This document shows, piece after piece, positions 24,582-37,424 of a stretch of 64,000 nt of DNA. The first letter of the stretch is position 1. Every line of letters begins with the position of its first letter. The notes beneath the pieces are model-generated. The model had not been told where the DNA came from, ran no database searches, and saw only the letters and a program-made list of their open reading frames with translations. Position numbers and translations under genes: made by a program. Source of the stretch: Alloascoidea hylecoeti (Eukaryota); assembly GCA_001600815.1 (NCBI GenBank), contig BCKZ01000001.1:1707389-1771388 (forward strand), given 5' to 3'.

Positions 24582-27500
24582 TTAATTCCTCACAGATATA
24601 CCAGAATGATCAGTAAATAATCTAATTGCAATGTTCATAGACATCAATTCTTGGAATAGTAATTTAGCAGCATATGGGATATGAATTTGATAGATCTTTG
24701 TTTTGTTTTTACAGGCACGACACTCAAATTGATTTTTCTTCAGATTTGCAATAACCGACATTAGACCGCAAACACCACAAACATGGATTCTAAAAGCATC
24801 CGATGCCTCCATAAGTCTTTCTTTCAAGAAAGAAGCAGCACCGTGAGCAATCATACAATCACGTTCCATTTCTCCGAAACGAAGGCCACCATCTCTTGAT
24901 CTACCTTCTACTGGTTGTCTTGTCAATATTTGTAGTGGACCTCTAGCACGAGCGTGAATCTTATCATCAACCATATGACGCAATCTTTGATAATATGTTG
25001 GACCAAAGAATACTTGAGCCATCAGCTTTTTACCAGTATGTCCATGGTATAATACTTCAAACCCTCTAGAATGATAACCATGTTCACGTAACAAGTTAGA
25101 AACCGCATCAACTGTAACATCTGTGAATGGACTGGCATCACCTTCATAACCTGATAAACAAGAAACTTTACTCAATAGACATTCAATTAAATGGGCGACT
25201 GTCATACGTGAAGGAATAGCATGTGGATTAATAATGATATCAGGGCAGATACCTTCAGCAGAAAATGGAACATCTTCATGTCTATATGTCACACCAATAG
25301 TACCCTTTTGACCGTGACGAGAAGCAAACTTATCACCAATTTGAGGAATTTTTGTAGTTCTCATACGAACTTTAACAAACTTCAATCCTTCTTGGTTCGT
25401 AGTTAATACAACTTGATCTACAATACCATTCTCAGTACTTCTAAGAGGAGTTGAAGCATCTCTCTTTGTATGATATTTTGTCCTTTGACCCAATTCTTCA
25501 TTATCTGGTGGAATAGGAGTTGTTTTACCAATAATAATATCATCACCAGAAACACGAACACCAGGAGCAATTAGACCATCTTCATCCAATTTCTCATAAG
25601 TACCATGTTTCAATCGTAATGTATTGCTCCTCAAAGGTTTCTCAAATTCTTCGACAACAGACATTCCGACACGTCGTTCTTGATCCATATAAGATCTAAA
25701 GAATAAACTTCTAAACAGACCTCTATCAATACTACTTTGATTCATAATAACAGAATCTTCTTGGTTGTAACCACTATAACAGGCAATCGCAACAATTGCA
25801 TTCTGACCAGCTGGTAGTTCTCTAAATTTCAAGAATTCCATAGATCGTGTTGTAGCCAATGGTTTCTGAGGATAATAAAGAATATTTGCCATTGTATCCA
25901 TTCTGACGTTATAATTTGTAAGGAACACACCCATAGCTTGTTTACCCATAGCAGATTGATAAGTGTTACGAGGAGATTGATTATGATCTGGGAAAGGAAT
26001 AATACTAGCGGCAACACCTAGAATCATACTTGGATGAATTTCACAATGTGTATAGGTATGTGCATTAGGATTATAGGCCGGTTTAACACGTTTGAATGTA
26101 TTTAATTCTTCTTCTGGCATTGGAGCACCTGCTTGAATTTGTCTTGACATATCCAAATCTTCTGGTGTCATGGCAATCATGGCGGTTTCCTCTTCTTCTG
26201 CATCAATATATTCAACAATACCATCCGCCACAAGTTGCGTCCAACCATATGGTTGTTCTTCCGTACTATTTTCTATTTTGACCACATTAGATTTTTGTAG
26301 AACTAATTCACCTTTTCTACTACTATTTTCATCATTATCAACCACAAATAATGGTCTAAAAACACGACCAGCATCTGTGAAAATTCTGAATTCTTGTTCT
26401 CTGATATCACGAATAATACTAACTTCAGGGCTAATATCACCTTTTCGTCTTAATGATCTCATAGTTTCAACTAAATTTGTAGGAGATGAATGTGTGCCAA
26501 TCCAAACACCATTAACAAAGATTCTAGTAGCATTTGGAGAAGCATGTGGTACATAATCTTCTAAAGGTTCCATACCCCATTCTTCCAAGAAATATGCAAT
26601 TGGTTCCGAAGGACTACCAACAGAAATACAAGACATTAATGATAAATTTTTAACTAAACCACAAGCTTGACCTTCAGGTGTTTCAGCAGGACAAACAAGA
26701 CCCCAATGTGTATTATGTAATTGACGTGGTTTTGCAATCTTACCATCTCTACCAATAGGTGTATTTGTACGACGTAAATGAGAAAGAGTTGAAGAATAAG
26801 TATATCTGTTTAAAACTTGAGAAACACCAGCTCTTGACGACATTGCTTTTTTTTGTTCACCCCAATTACCAGTAGCTAAAGAATATTTCAACCCACTTGT
26901 TATAGTAGTTGCTTTAACAGCTAAAGTTAAATTGAAATCTTTATTAGTTTCAACACATTTCGTCATATATCTAAAAATGTCTTTAGATAATTTTCTAAAA
27001 AGAATTCTGAATAAATTTGCAAGTAATGGACCAGCTAAATCTAATCTTTTTTTACCAAAATGATCACGATCATCTTGTTCTTTTCTTTCTAAAGCACATA
27101 ATAATAATCTGTGAATCATATAACCTAAAAAGAAAGCTTTTCTTGATTCATAACCAGTTTCTTGTGTAATATGTGGTAATAATTCTTTTTGTAAAATTTC
27201 TTTTGCATAATGAATACGTCTTTCCTTTTTAATATTTGTAACATTACCACGACGACCAATAAAATCAAGTGCAACTTCTCTATCTTGAATAACAAAAGCT
27301 TCTTCAACACATGGTTTTAACATTTCTAACATTTGCCAATCATTAGGATCATAACAAATATGTTCTAAAATATCACCATCTGGTACAATTCCCAATGCCC
27401 TGAAAACAATAACAATTGGAATATCTTGTTTAATATATGGTAAGGTTGCTTTTAATGTTCTACCGGATGATGAACCTTGTTTATCACGACCATATAATTT

Positions 27501-28262
27501 AATTTGCATACTGCTAATTAATCTTGAACCACCTTCAGTAGCACTTCTAATTTCAGCAATATGACTAACAGGAGATGGGCCTGATTTTTTAAAAACTTGA
27601 ACAATATTTGCAGCACTTCTTTCCTGCGCAATTAAAACTTTTTCAGAACCATTGATTACGAAATAGCCACCCATATCATAAGGACATTCTTTTAATTCAT
27701 AAAATTCATGTTCTGATAAATCCCTTAACATACAAAATTTTGATCTTAACATAATAGGTACTTTACCAATATAAACTTGAGATTCAGGTTCTTCTTCTTC
27801 ATTTGGATCAGTTTCCCACACAAGGTCATTTGAAGGAGTTGTACCATCATCTCTTGAATACATAACTTTTTTCTTCATGTCGACGTATAAAGGAGATGAA
27901 TACGTTAAATTTCTTAATCTGGCTTCTTGTGGGAACATTGGATGTGTAGTACCATCAGCTTCAGTCATTGTTGGTCTTGATAAATAAATTTTGCCAAAAG
28001 TAATAACATATCTTTTATTAATATCATCTTCAGGATTAGCATGTTGTGCAGGTTGTTCTAAAGTTAAGTTTGGATCTTCATTTACAATTTCTTGTATTGT
28101 AGTTTCAATGAATTCATCAAATGAGTCAAGTTGTTGAGCTGCTAATCCACGTTCTTGGAAAAATGAAGAAATTACAGTCCAACAATCTTCAGATGTGATA
28201 TCTGTTTCTTCATAAGCATATGGATCCTCCTCATATTCTATATTCATATTAATATTCATCAT
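24582..28262 (-). CDS. RPB2: RNA polymerase II second-largest subunit (about 1226 aa)
   Basis: [38 protein letters not shown] and [11 protein letters not shown] motifs. The ORF track starts at a TTG; the first in-frame ATG is at 28262. Confidence 0.97.
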   Translation of the reverse strand: MMNINMNIEYEEDPYAYEETDITSEDCWTVISSFFQERGLAAQQLDSFDEFIETTIQEIVNEDPNLTLEQPAQHANPEDDINKRYVITFGKIYLSRPTMTEADGTTHPMFPQEARLRNLTYSSPLYVDMKKKVMYSRDDGTTPSNDLVWETDPNEEEEPESQVYIGKVPIMLRSKFCMLRDLSEHEFYELKECPYDMGGYFVINGSEKVLIAQERSAANIVQVFKKSGPSPVSHIAEIRSATEGGSRLISSMQIKLYGRDKQGSSSGRTLKATLPYIKQDIPIVIVFRALGIVPDGDILEHICYDPNDWQMLEMLKPCVEEAFVIQDREVALDFIGRRGNVTNIKKERRIHYAKEILQKELLPHITQETGYESRKAFFLGYMIHRLLLCALERKEQDDRDHFGKKRLDLAGPLLANLFRILFRKLSKDIFRYMTKCVETNKDFNLTLAVKATTITSGLKYSLATGNWGEQKKAMSSRAGVSQVLNRYTYSSTLSHLRRTNTPIGRDGKIAKPRQLHNTHWGLVCPAETPEGQACGLVKNLSLMSCISVGSPSEPIAYFLEEWGMEPLEDYVPHASPNATRIFVNGVWIGTHSSPTNLVETMRSLRRKGDISPEVSIIRDIREQEFRIFTDAGRVFRPLFVVDNDENSSRKGELVLQKSNVVKIENSTEEQPYGWTQLVADGIVEYIDAEEEETAMIAMTPEDLDMSRQIQAGAPMPEEELNTFKRVKPAYNPNAHTYTHCEIHPSMILGVAASIIPFPDHNQSPRNTYQSAMGKQAMGVFLTNYNVRMDTMANILYYPQKPLATTRSMEFLKFRELPAGQNAIVAIACYSGYNQEDSVIMNQSSIDRGLFRSLFFRSYMDQERRVGMSVVEEFEKPLRSNTLRLKHGTYEKLDEDGLIAPGVRVSGDDIIIGKTTPIPPDNEELGQRTKYHTKRDASTPLRSTENGIVDQVVLTTNQEGLKFVKVRMRTTKIPQIGDKFASRHGQKGTIGVTYRHEDVPFSAEGICPDIIINPHAIPSRMTVAHLIECLLSKVSCLSGYEGDASPFTDVTVDAVSNLLREHGYHSRGFEVLYHGHTGKKLMAQVFFGPTYYQRLRHMVDDKIHARARGPLQILTRQPVEGRSRDGGLRFGEMERDCMIAHGAASFLKERLMEASDAFRIHVCGVCGLMSVIANLKKNQFECRACKNKTKIYQIHIPYAAKLLFQELMSMNIAIRLFTDHSGISVRN

Positions 28263-28921
28263 AGTAATTGATTGTCTGGTGTAATAAACTCTTACCGAAA
28301 TCCATTTTTGTTTCCGTTGCTTAGTAGAGGGATTGGCTACTGGAAACAAAAGGCTTGATGCTACTTACTTTTCCAGAGTGTGAAATACCAAACACCCGTA
28401 CATTCATATGTGGTTACCCTACTTAAACATGTTAAAAAAAAAAAAAAAAAAAGAATATTATTAAAACAATGATTATGTATAAAATAAAAGTAAATATATA
28501 TATGAACAAGCTTCACCAATTATAAATTGCAATCAATTAGTTTATAATTATAGCTATAGGATCGTAGAAAATGTTGCAATTGAAACTTTTTTAATGACTC
28601 TCTAAATATTAATCAAATGTGATATATGATGAACAATTTTAAACAAGCAAACCATATTGATGCTAATAAACAATAATAAATTTTAAAATAAAACAAATAA
28701 CAATTACAATAAAGATTAAATTAAATTAAAAGGTGTAGTAGGCCCTATATAAAAAAACAAAACTAAGAGAAGATTCAAAACGATAACGAAATTTCTTTCA
28801 AAACTTTTTTAAAGGAAACGATTGAGAAGACATGAAAAGGATGGTGAGTTAATGAAACTAATAGAAATATTTTTAAAAGTAACGATCGAGCTCAATTCAA
28901 TTCAATTTGAAAAGTAAAATA

Positions 28922-29038
28922 ATAAAATGATAAAATGATAAAACGATAAAACGATAAAATGATAAAATGATAAAATGATAAAATGATAAAATGATAAAAT
29001 GATAAAATGATAAAACGATAAAATGATAAAATGATAAA
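28922..29038. repeat. Octamer tandem repeat (ATAAAATG)n, about 14 units with some ATAAAACG variants
   Basis: Read directly from the sequence. Confidence 0.95.
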
Positions 29039-29090
29039 AATATGTTAGTATCAAACAGCATAAAATGTAATAAGAAGAAAAGATCAAATA

Positions 29091-29094
<4 letters not shown>

Positions 29095-29181
<87 letters not shown>
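29095..29181. repeat. Poly(dA) tract of about 87 bp with one T interruption
   Basis: Read directly from the sequence. Confidence 0.95.
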
Positions 29182-29183
<2 letters not shown>

Positions 29184-29423
29184 AAAAAAATTATAAAAAA
29201 CAAAAATGTAAAATGCAGATCATAATCGTAATAATGATAACCATAAATTGTAAACCATGCAATTATAAATCATATTCCTTTCTCATATATATATCATTAA
29301 TTAGCTACTATGATAGCTTAATTTTTTGATTGTTTTTCAAATTAATTTTTACAACTAAAAATTGATTTTAAAAAAAATATAATATCTGCATTTAAATACC
29401 TTTAAACATCGATATTCTAAAGA

Positions 29424-31589
29424 TCAAGAAAAATCCGGATTTAAAAAATTAATAAATGAAAAACCAGCAAAATGTTCTCTTCTACCTTTTTCACCCATTC
29501 TAACACTTGCATTTTCATCTAAAATTTTACCACTAATTTTTTCATTAACATGATCTTTTGAATTGATACCATTTTTATGATGAATTGTACCATTTCTTGT
29601 TATAAATTCTTTAACAATAACTTGATCCATTAATATACTACTACTTAAATCTTTTGATTTTTTTGAAGATAAATCAATTATTCTTGATGGTGCATCAATT
29701 TGTAAATTTTCTAATTTTAACCAATTTACAGTTTTTAAATATGAATGTTTAATTAAACTTGATGCACCTTTATCAGAACCAATTCTTTCTTGAGGATTTT
29801 TATTTAATAAATCTAATATAAATTGAAGACATTGTCTTGATATATTAAATTGTTGAAATTGTGGTGGGAATTTAATAGAATCTTGTAAAATTTTATTAAA
29901 TAAAACATTATTATTAAAACCATTGTTTTGGTTATTATTTTGATTACCATTTATAACAGCAGCTTGATTTAAAGGTTGTCTTTGTTCAACAAAAGGAGTA
30001 AAACCAAATAACATTTCATAAAATACTATACCTAATGACCAAATATCAATTGAAAATCGATAACCTTGTTTCCTACCATAATAAGCATCAATCATTTCAG
30101 GAGCTAAATACTCAGAAGTACCACACATTGATGAAGACCTTTCAACACTTGTACCAGAAGAATTTGAAGGAATTGAAATTGAAGTGGATAAGCCTAAATC
30201 ACAAATTTTAATATGACCTTCTAAACCAATTAATATATTTTCAGGTTTTAAATCTCTCAATATTATACCAGAATCATGTAAACAAGTTAAACCAGATATT
30301 ATTTCACATAAATAAAATTTTGATTCAAATTCATTAAAATGATGTAATTTATTTAAATAATAATGTAAATCACCAGAAGGAACATAATCAATACCCATAT
30401 AACAATTATTCCAAGTTTGAAAAGCAAATTGAATATTAACTAAGAATTTTAATCTTCTATTATGATCTTTTGAATTTTCAGAACCAACATGAGTAAGACA
30501 TCTAACTAAATTATTTCTTTCTTTTAATATTAAAGGTAATGATAAATCACTAACTTCTTGATTAAATTTATAACCTTTTGAACATTGTTTTATTGCATAA
30601 AGAGAACCAGTTTTATTATATTTCATTAATTCTACTATTCCAGAAGCACCAATCCCTAAATGTTTAACTAAAGTTAAATCGGAAAGGTGTAGGTTTTTCA
30701 CTCTTTTACGATAATTGTATTGCATACATACAGAGAATTTTGAGTAAGAAGACGATGAAGTAGAGCCAGGATACCTTGATGGAGGAACGTATGAAGCTGT
30801 GCGGGTGAGGACAGCACCATCAGAAGCCCCATTTGGAGAAGTATGGATTGGGTGTTTTTTCATTCGAATGGTATGCCATTTTCTGATAATGATGTCTTCT
30901 TCAAGGTCAGCACCCGTATAACTAAACTCGCCCATAAAGGAAGGACTTCTTTTATCCAACTCATCCCAGGCAGGGTCGAAGTCCGAATCGGGGTCTGGGT
31001 TGGCAGGGGCTGGTGTTGGCGATGAGTAGAATTGGATATTCAGAGTGAAGCCCGACCGAATTTTAAAATGCTTAATTGAAGGAGCTCTTTTGTAAGTCCA
31101 GGAGGTGCTGGCCCCAAAATGGGCACCTGAAACAAAATACACATGAATCCCCCGGTCATCAGGATTATTGGGGAGAACGGAGACTCTGGCAATGCCCTCC
31201 ATGTGGTCTGTTTTAATGAGCGAGACCGAGAATATGAACATGTTTGCGGAAGGTTTTGATCTGGTGCTCTGGTCTGTGTTGGCGGTGATGGCCGTGTTGG
31301 CTGTGCGGGTGGTGTTGGTGGTCAGCAGGCTGTTGTTGGCGCTGGGGGTGTGCGAGTGTGCTGAGTCCACGTCCATATGCGAAAATAAAAAATCCACGTC
31401 CAGCAGCGACTCTGTGGGTGCTATCTGTGGAAGAGGTGCGGGCGGACTGGGCGGGGCGGCGGCGGCCGTGGGACGCGTGGGGTAGTACGAGGGCCGGGGC
31501 TGTCCGTCCCTGGCGGGCTTGGGGGCCCTGGGGGGCCTGGGGGCCCTGTCGGACTGCTTTCTGTTTTTACGTCTGTGCCAAAGTTTCAT
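29424..31589 (-). CDS. Divergent AGC-family Ser/Thr kinase (Sch9/Sck-like, about 721 aa)
   Basis: GIGASG Gly loop, AIK Lys, LRDLKPEN, DLG, CGTSEYLAPE, and a C-terminal hydrophobic motif FAGFSF. A putative C2-like region precedes the kinase domain. The start is taken at MKLWHRR; a further in-frame ATG lies at 31703. Confidence 0.85.
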   Translation of the reverse strand: MKLWHRRKNRKQSDRAPRPPRAPKPARDGQPRPSYYPTRPTAAAAPPSPPAPLPQIAPTESLLDVDFLFSHMDVDSAHSHTPSANNSLLTTNTTRTANTAITANTDQSTRSKPSANMFIFSVSLIKTDHMEGIARVSVLPNNPDDRGIHVYFVSGAHFGASTSWTYKRAPSIKHFKIRSGFTLNIQFYSSPTPAPANPDPDSDFDPAWDELDKRSPSFMGEFSYTGADLEEDIIIRKWHTIRMKKHPIHTSPNGASDGAVLTRTASYVPPSRYPGSTSSSSYSKFSVCMQYNYRKRVKNLHLSDLTLVKHLGIGASGIVELMKYNKTGSLYAIKQCSKGYKFNQEVSDLSLPLILKERNNLVRCLTHVGSENSKDHNRRLKFLVNIQFAFQTWNNCYMGIDYVPSGDLHYYLNKLHHFNEFESKFYLCEIISGLTCLHDSGIILRDLKPENILIGLEGHIKICDLGLSTSISIPSNSSGTSVERSSSMCGTSEYLAPEMIDAYYGRKQGYRFSIDIWSLGIVFYEMLFGFTPFVEQRQPLNQAAVINGNQNNNQNNGFNNNVLFNKILQDSIKFPPQFQQFNISRQCLQFILDLLNKNPQERIGSDKGASSLIKHSYLKTVNWLKLENLQIDAPSRIIDLSSKKSKDLSSSILMDQVIVKEFITRNGTIHHKNGINSKDHVNEKISGKILDENASVRMGEKGRREHFAGFSFINFLNPDFS

Positions 31590-31795
31590 GTCCTCATTCT
31601 GTCTATTGTTCCTGCGACAGATGGAGGCGCATATCGGCCCCCTGTTACCCGGCCGCCCGCCGCAGGGTTTGGCCCTACCCCACGTGACGCCCGGCACGCG
31701 CATGTGACTGCTCCGGTGTAGCTCTCAGCACGGCTCTCAGCTCCATCCGTCGAAGATACCAGCCGGAGACTCAGCCAGTCTACCAACCACTCAAC
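31590..31795. promoter_or_regulatory. GC-rich bidirectional promoter shared by the kinase and RPS4
   Basis: Head-to-head genes about 200 bp apart. Contains a Reb1-like TTACCCGG (about 31645) and a Cbf1-type CACGTGAC (31681). Confidence 0.55.
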
Positions 31796-32581
31796 ATGGC
31801 AAGAGGTCCAAAGAAGCACTTGAAGAGATTAGCAGCTCCGTCCCATTGGATGCTCGACAAACTGTCGGGCACCTATGCCCCTAAGCCTTCCCCGGGTCCG
31901 CACAAGCAAAGAGAATGTCTCCCACTAGTCATTTTCATCCGTAACAGACTCAAGTACGCTTTAAACGGACGTGAGGTTAATGCCATTTTAATGCAACGAC
32001 ACGTTAAAGTAGATGGCAAAGTTAGAACAGACTCAACCTATCCTGCCGGCTTTATGGATGTCATTTCTTTAGACGCAACAAAGGAAAATTTCAGACTGGT
32101 GTTTGATATTAAAGGTAGATTTGCTGTTCATCGAATTTCAAACGATGAGGCTTCTTATAAATTAGGTAAAGTTAAAAGAGTTCAATTAGGAAAGAAAGGA
32201 ATTCCTTATTTAGTTACTCACGATGGTAGAACAATTCGTTATCCTGACCCGTCAATAAAAGTCAATGATACTGTTAAAATCGACTTAGCTTCTGGTAAAA
32301 TTACTGATTTTATTAAATTTGATACTGGTAGATTAGTTTATATCACTGGTGGTCATAATTTAGGTCGTATTGGTGTTATTGTTCACAGAGAAAGACATGA
32401 AGGTGGTTTCGATATCGTTCATGTTAAAGATTCCCTTGATAATTCTTTTGTTACTCGTTTATCAAATGTTTTTGTTATTGGTCAAGAACAAGGTAAACCA
32501 TGGATCTCTTTACCAAAAGGTAAAGGTATTAAATTATCAATTGCTGAGGAAAGAGATAGAAGAAGAAATATTAGTAATTAA
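31796..32581 (+). CDS. RPS4: 40S ribosomal protein S4 (eS4), intronless
   Basis: [23 protein letters not shown]; 261 aa, full length. Confidence 0.98.
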   Translation: MARGPKKHLKRLAAPSHWMLDKLSGTYAPKPSPGPHKQRECLPLVIFIRNRLKYALNGREVNAILMQRHVKVDGKVRTDSTYPAGFMDVISLDATKENFRLVFDIKGRFAVHRISNDEASYKLGKVKRVQLGKKGIPYLVTHDGRTIRYPDPSIKVNDTVKIDLASGKITDFIKFDTGRLVYITGGHNLGRIGVIVHRERHEGGFDIVHVKDSLDNSFVTRLSNVFVIGQEQGKPWISLPKGKGIKLSIAEERDRRRNISN

Positions 32582-34557
32582 TTCAATTTCAAATATACAT
32601 CATTGGTTTATGTGATATGATATATGATACTTTGCTTAATAAAACAAATCATTTTAATGTACATTATTAGTTGTGATACTTTTTTTAATTCAAGATATTA
32701 GCTCTTGAATATTAAACAGCAATAGGTATAGGCGCCTGTAAGATCAACGCTATGTCAATATATATAACATAATATATGTATTAATATTACATTTAGAAAT
32801 AAAACTTTTGCAACTATTTTATAACTTATTGGTATTTATTTATTTATTTATTTATTTATTCAATGTTTACTCTTACCTCTTATCATTAATATTGATATAC
32901 AATGGCTAATTAAGACATTTAAAATCAAAACTCTGATCTTTTCTTGAGTTGTATAATTAATAAGTACAAGTTTTATGAAGGATTTTTCATTTGATAGTTC
33001 GAGATCAATTACAATTATGGTGTCCTATGATGTATCCACGGGAAATAATGTTAAAGCTATATATATATTTTTTCTTTTCTTTTATAGTTTAATATATACT
33101 CCTATACATGTATTAATTTGTTTATTATATAGAGCATACGGGCAATTGATATATCAGTAGAAAAGGTGCAACATTATTCCACTCAGAAAAGCTCTGACCC
33201 GTCAGACACTTTAATTGGATAAGTAGTTCGTAGATTTCATTCAGTATTATTTGGAGACCTAATAGTTCTTTAGATAATTTTGATAGTGTTAGGTATTCTT
33301 CCCCAGTTGCCAAAGCTGTGGTATACCTTTGAATTCAAAGCTTGCTCCATGTGATAATACATTCCAATGGTCGTAATATACCCTGATGTGATGTTGAACA
33401 TTTCATCTGATGGTGGTCCATAATTTGAATCATATAAACTTGCAAGTAGAAAAGTTGATCTTGTCCCTTCATAAATTAGGGTAAGATCTTTCGTAGTGTT
33501 TTATTATATTACTTGTAAAAAAGTTGTAATGATAATATTCGTGGGTTATTTTCCAGTGTACAGTAACACATTATCCGAATTCATGGCAATTTGAGAGACA
33601 AAAAGCAATTTTTTAAGATCCATTCAAGATTTTACATTTTGAATAGGTTATAGTTACGTGATAGGATAGCCGTTCAGATAATAAATATCGTCAATTCTCA
33701 ACATATTATTGGTGGATTTATATGTAATATTTTCACCGCTTTGCAAAACTTTATTAGGGCCTACACCTGATCAGATCACTTTCAACTGTCCAATCGGCGT
33801 TTGATATGAATATATTTTCGACGCTTAGAACAGAATTCGAAGTTATCTATTGGTATTTTGAAAACTAACTTGATGATCCTCGATATATTCATAGAACGTG
33901 AAATGGCATGTTGCAGCGCTAGCTGGTTTATAAAATATTAGTAGATTGGGATTTGATATTAAAGGTAATTTTGTGATTCATCGAGATTCTAATGATGAAG
34001 CGTCTTATGAATCACGAAAGTTAAATTTGATACTGATAGATTAGCTTATATTACTCGAGGAGTCGAGGCCAAAATTTATGCCCTATCGTATTTGTTATTA
34101 GTCAAGATATAAGTTAATTATAAAAATAAAGGTAAGCCTTGGATTTTTTTAACACAACGCAAGGGTAATTGAAGAAAGGGTTAAGTGAATTCAATTTCCA
34201 TTTTTAATCATTGGTTTATATCATTATTATTATATGATGATATGCTAAATGATTGATGATTTTCAAAAAGCGATTAATTATTTATAGATGTGATAGCCAA
34301 CCTTTTTTTTTTTTATTCATAAGATAATTTCTGAATACAACCACATCTATTAATTAAACAGTAACGCCTGTTAACTTAAGGCATATGCTCATACAATTAC
34401 ATTTCTATAAACAGCAACAAGACAAATTCAAAATATTTTATAAGTCACCGGTATTCTCCATTATTCATTTTTTTAAATTTTCACTCTTTGATATTAATAT
34501 TGATCGTTCAAAACCTTCAAAGAAAAATAAAATATAACCGGTCATAATTAAATCAAT

Positions 34558-35304
34558 ATGCTATTCTATTGTCTTAAGTAAGTTCATGAATGCTTTTATG
34601 GTTGTGTCGCTTAAATATGCTATTGTAACTATAGACACAATGGGCTACTGAATATTAATCTGTTGAATAAAGTATTAACATTTATAACGTTAACAATTAG
34701 TTTCATGGTTTCCCTTGGTTTCCCGCTTTATTCTTGTTATAACCTACTCTCTCCTGAAAATAACACTGCCGGTATAGATGATAACCGCTCTATAGCTAGC
34801 TATGAATCATCCAATAACAAATTCACAAACAGCACATCTGCTTCAAGTTTAAGGTCTACAACATCCTCATTACCTAAAACAATATCAAACCCAACCTCCA
34901 CTGGTATAAACATCTACAAAGATTGGATAATTTATTTCATTATATATGCCATAATAATACAGATCAAGAATATCTTTCAACTCATATTATTTTTCATACC
35001 ATTCATTGATATCTTTGAATTAGGAATGTGGATTTGGTTAGTTCCAAAAGATTCATTATCATCATATCTTGATTATTTAAATATTGATTTTAGTATAAAT
35101 GGATCTAAAATCATTTATGAATTATATTTAAAAGATTTAATTGAAATGATAATAGAATATTGTGATTTGAAAAAAGCTGAGTTTATAAAATTTGGTATTA
35201 ATATAATTCAATATATAATTGATTTAATTTTTGATATTCCTGTTAGTACTCTTGTTAACGGAGATAAACACAAAGAGATTTTTTCAATGGAGAAAACAGA
35301 ATGA
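34558..35304 (+). CDS. TB2/DP1/HVA22 (REEP)-family ER membrane protein, Yep1/Atg40-like; exons 34558-34577, 34701-35304 (207 aa)
   Basis: Intron GTAAGT(34578)..TAG(34700) supplies an in-frame ATG exon (MLFYCLN-FMVSLGFPLY). REEP-like pattern FPLYSCY..WIIYFIIY..FIPF..WIWLVP..NGSKIIY. Confidence 0.7.
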
Positions 35305-35767
35305 TTAATCTTGAGAATATTATTATATTGGCTGGATGGGAAGGTGGATTGCACTAAATGTTTATTATTGATTTTTGTGTGGACTTATAATTACATATAT
35401 TTATTTATTAATGCATATCTCGTAACTTGAAATCTCAACCTAACGATGATAGTAGATGTGCCGGTGGATAAGAAACACCCCGGAAGTTTGGTATGGTTTC
35501 ACCCGGGTGAATATGGATATCTCATGAAAATGATGAAGAGGGGTGGAGCTACCGAATGAGATTAGTGTTTGATATAAGATCTTTATATTCATTATTACCA
35601 GTAATAACAGTCTTAGTTTTGTTGCTCGCCGAGGTATACTTCCCTTTAAGGGACTAGGATTCTCCAACATAATCCTTTTAACTTTATCCCCACTTTTTAT
35701 TCTACCCCAGAATTTTATATAATTGACATATCCCGAGAAATTTAAATAATTGATAAAAATCACGAAT

Positions 35768-37132
35768 ATGAAGTATTTCACAGAAACAAGACATGTATTC
35801 AACACTTCCTTACCTAGAAGTTTACCAAGATCTACAAAAGGTTTTAATGCAGATTTACAAATAGTGGGCAAATTGTATGCTCCCATTGAATATAAATTTC
35901 AAGACAAAGAAGAATCATCTTCGATCTCATGTTCCCCTTCTTTTGTCTTCTGTCATGGAAATGGATTTCCAAAGGTAATATTGCTAGATTTTATTTTACT
36001 AAAAATTCTAATTCACATATGTTTTTGATGTAGGAATTATTCGAGCCCATGTTGGATGAACTCTACATCTACTTAAAACAAAAAGGAATTAAAATAAATC
36101 TAATTCTAACATTCGATGCCTTTCATCAAGGAGAATCTGGCGTTTTGAATGAATCGAAACTTGGCGACGCTTGTACGTGTTTTTCTACTTATCTTTCATA
36201 GCTACATAAAGCATATTTGATCTGTCTAACTTAAATTATAAATAGATGCTTGGTTTGATACAGCACGAGATATTGGGTTAATTCTTCATGATTTAAAAAC
36301 TAAAATAACTCCATTATTCTTTAATAAAGGTCCATTAATTGGTGTTGGACATTCAATGGGTGGTACTACACTATTAATTGCCTCTCAATTATATCCTACA
36401 CTATTTAGTTCAATAATTTGTCTTGATGCAATCATTGGACCTTTTCATCATAGTTTCGTTTCGGGTGTAGCCAAGTTGGCATCATTAAGTATGCGCCGAA
36501 AAGACTCGTGGAAAAGTAGATCAGAAGCATTAACAAGTTTTCAATCAAATCCTTTTTACAAGACTTGGGATCCTATTGCATTGGAGAAATATGTTGAATT
36601 TGGATTACGTGATCTACCTACATTTTTATATCCTAATCCAAAATTTACACCTGGTAGTGTTACACTAACTACAACTAAAAAGCAAGAAACCATTACTTTT
36701 TTAACTGCTAATGGTCAATTAAAAGGTCACGAATCAAAGCCTTATAACAATATAATGAGACTTGAGCCAAATTATGTTTTTGATACCTTAATCAAAACCC
36801 CAATCCCTGTTTTTTTAGTAGTTGTTAAAGATGGAGCGTTATCAAGAGTTTACCCCTATTTTCAAGAAAAAATTAAACAATTAAATGATAAGGATCACAT
36901 ATCACAAGTGGTTTGGATTGATAATGTAACCCATGCTCTACCTTTTGAAAATCCTAAAAAGGTTACTGAATGTATTACACCGTTTATCATTAAAAGCTGT
37001 GAAAAGTGGATGAATGATAGAGAAAAAAAGATTGAATCTGATAAAGAGGCTTTTGAGGTTGGTATTAGTGGATTTAATAAGGATTATATAGAATTTTTTG
37101 CGGACTTAGGCAAGGAGAAATCAAAGTTTTAA
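35768..37132 (+). CDS. Alpha/beta hydrolase, Lpx1-like putative peroxisomal lipase; exons 35768-35974, 36034-36172, 36246-37132 (410 aa)
   Basis: Two GT-AG introns join CHGNGFPK-ELFEP, D..HQGESG, WFDTARD and the GHSMGG nucleophile elbow in frame. The C-terminal SKF is PTS1-like. Confidence 0.85.
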
Positions 37133-37424
37133 ATATTCAAAATAGACAGAGATTAGTCAAGCAAAAGAAGATCTAGATAATAATTCTTACCATATACATA
37201 ATTCGTAGCATAACACAAAAATTATCCGCACCATTACTCCCCGTACAAACCCATTGGCACTGTAGATAAACATAGCAAAATTTAAATTCAATTCGATCGA
37301 CATTCTTGAGGATATAGGACTATATAATTCTCTTGTGTGTATGTTGAAGATAAGATATCAATAAACAGGCATAAATTAAAAAAAAAAAACAAGTTGCTCT
37401 ATTTTATCTTTTCTTAATAAGTTA

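Noticed and set aside
28922..29038. CRISPR-like or telomeric array, and the 61-aa ILSFYHF ORF
   Set aside because: A simple 8-bp tandem repeat with no spacers. The ORF is an artefact of the repeat.
31862..32098. Alternative yeast CUG code (Ser or Ala)
   Set aside because: CTG codons at 31862 (DKLSG) and 32096 (FRLV) in RPS4 occupy conserved Leu positions, which supports the standard code.
33125..33480. hAT dimerisation-domain relic (EYLTLSKLSKELL)
   Set aside because: The downstream S...ER.FS motif is absent, leaving too little evidence.
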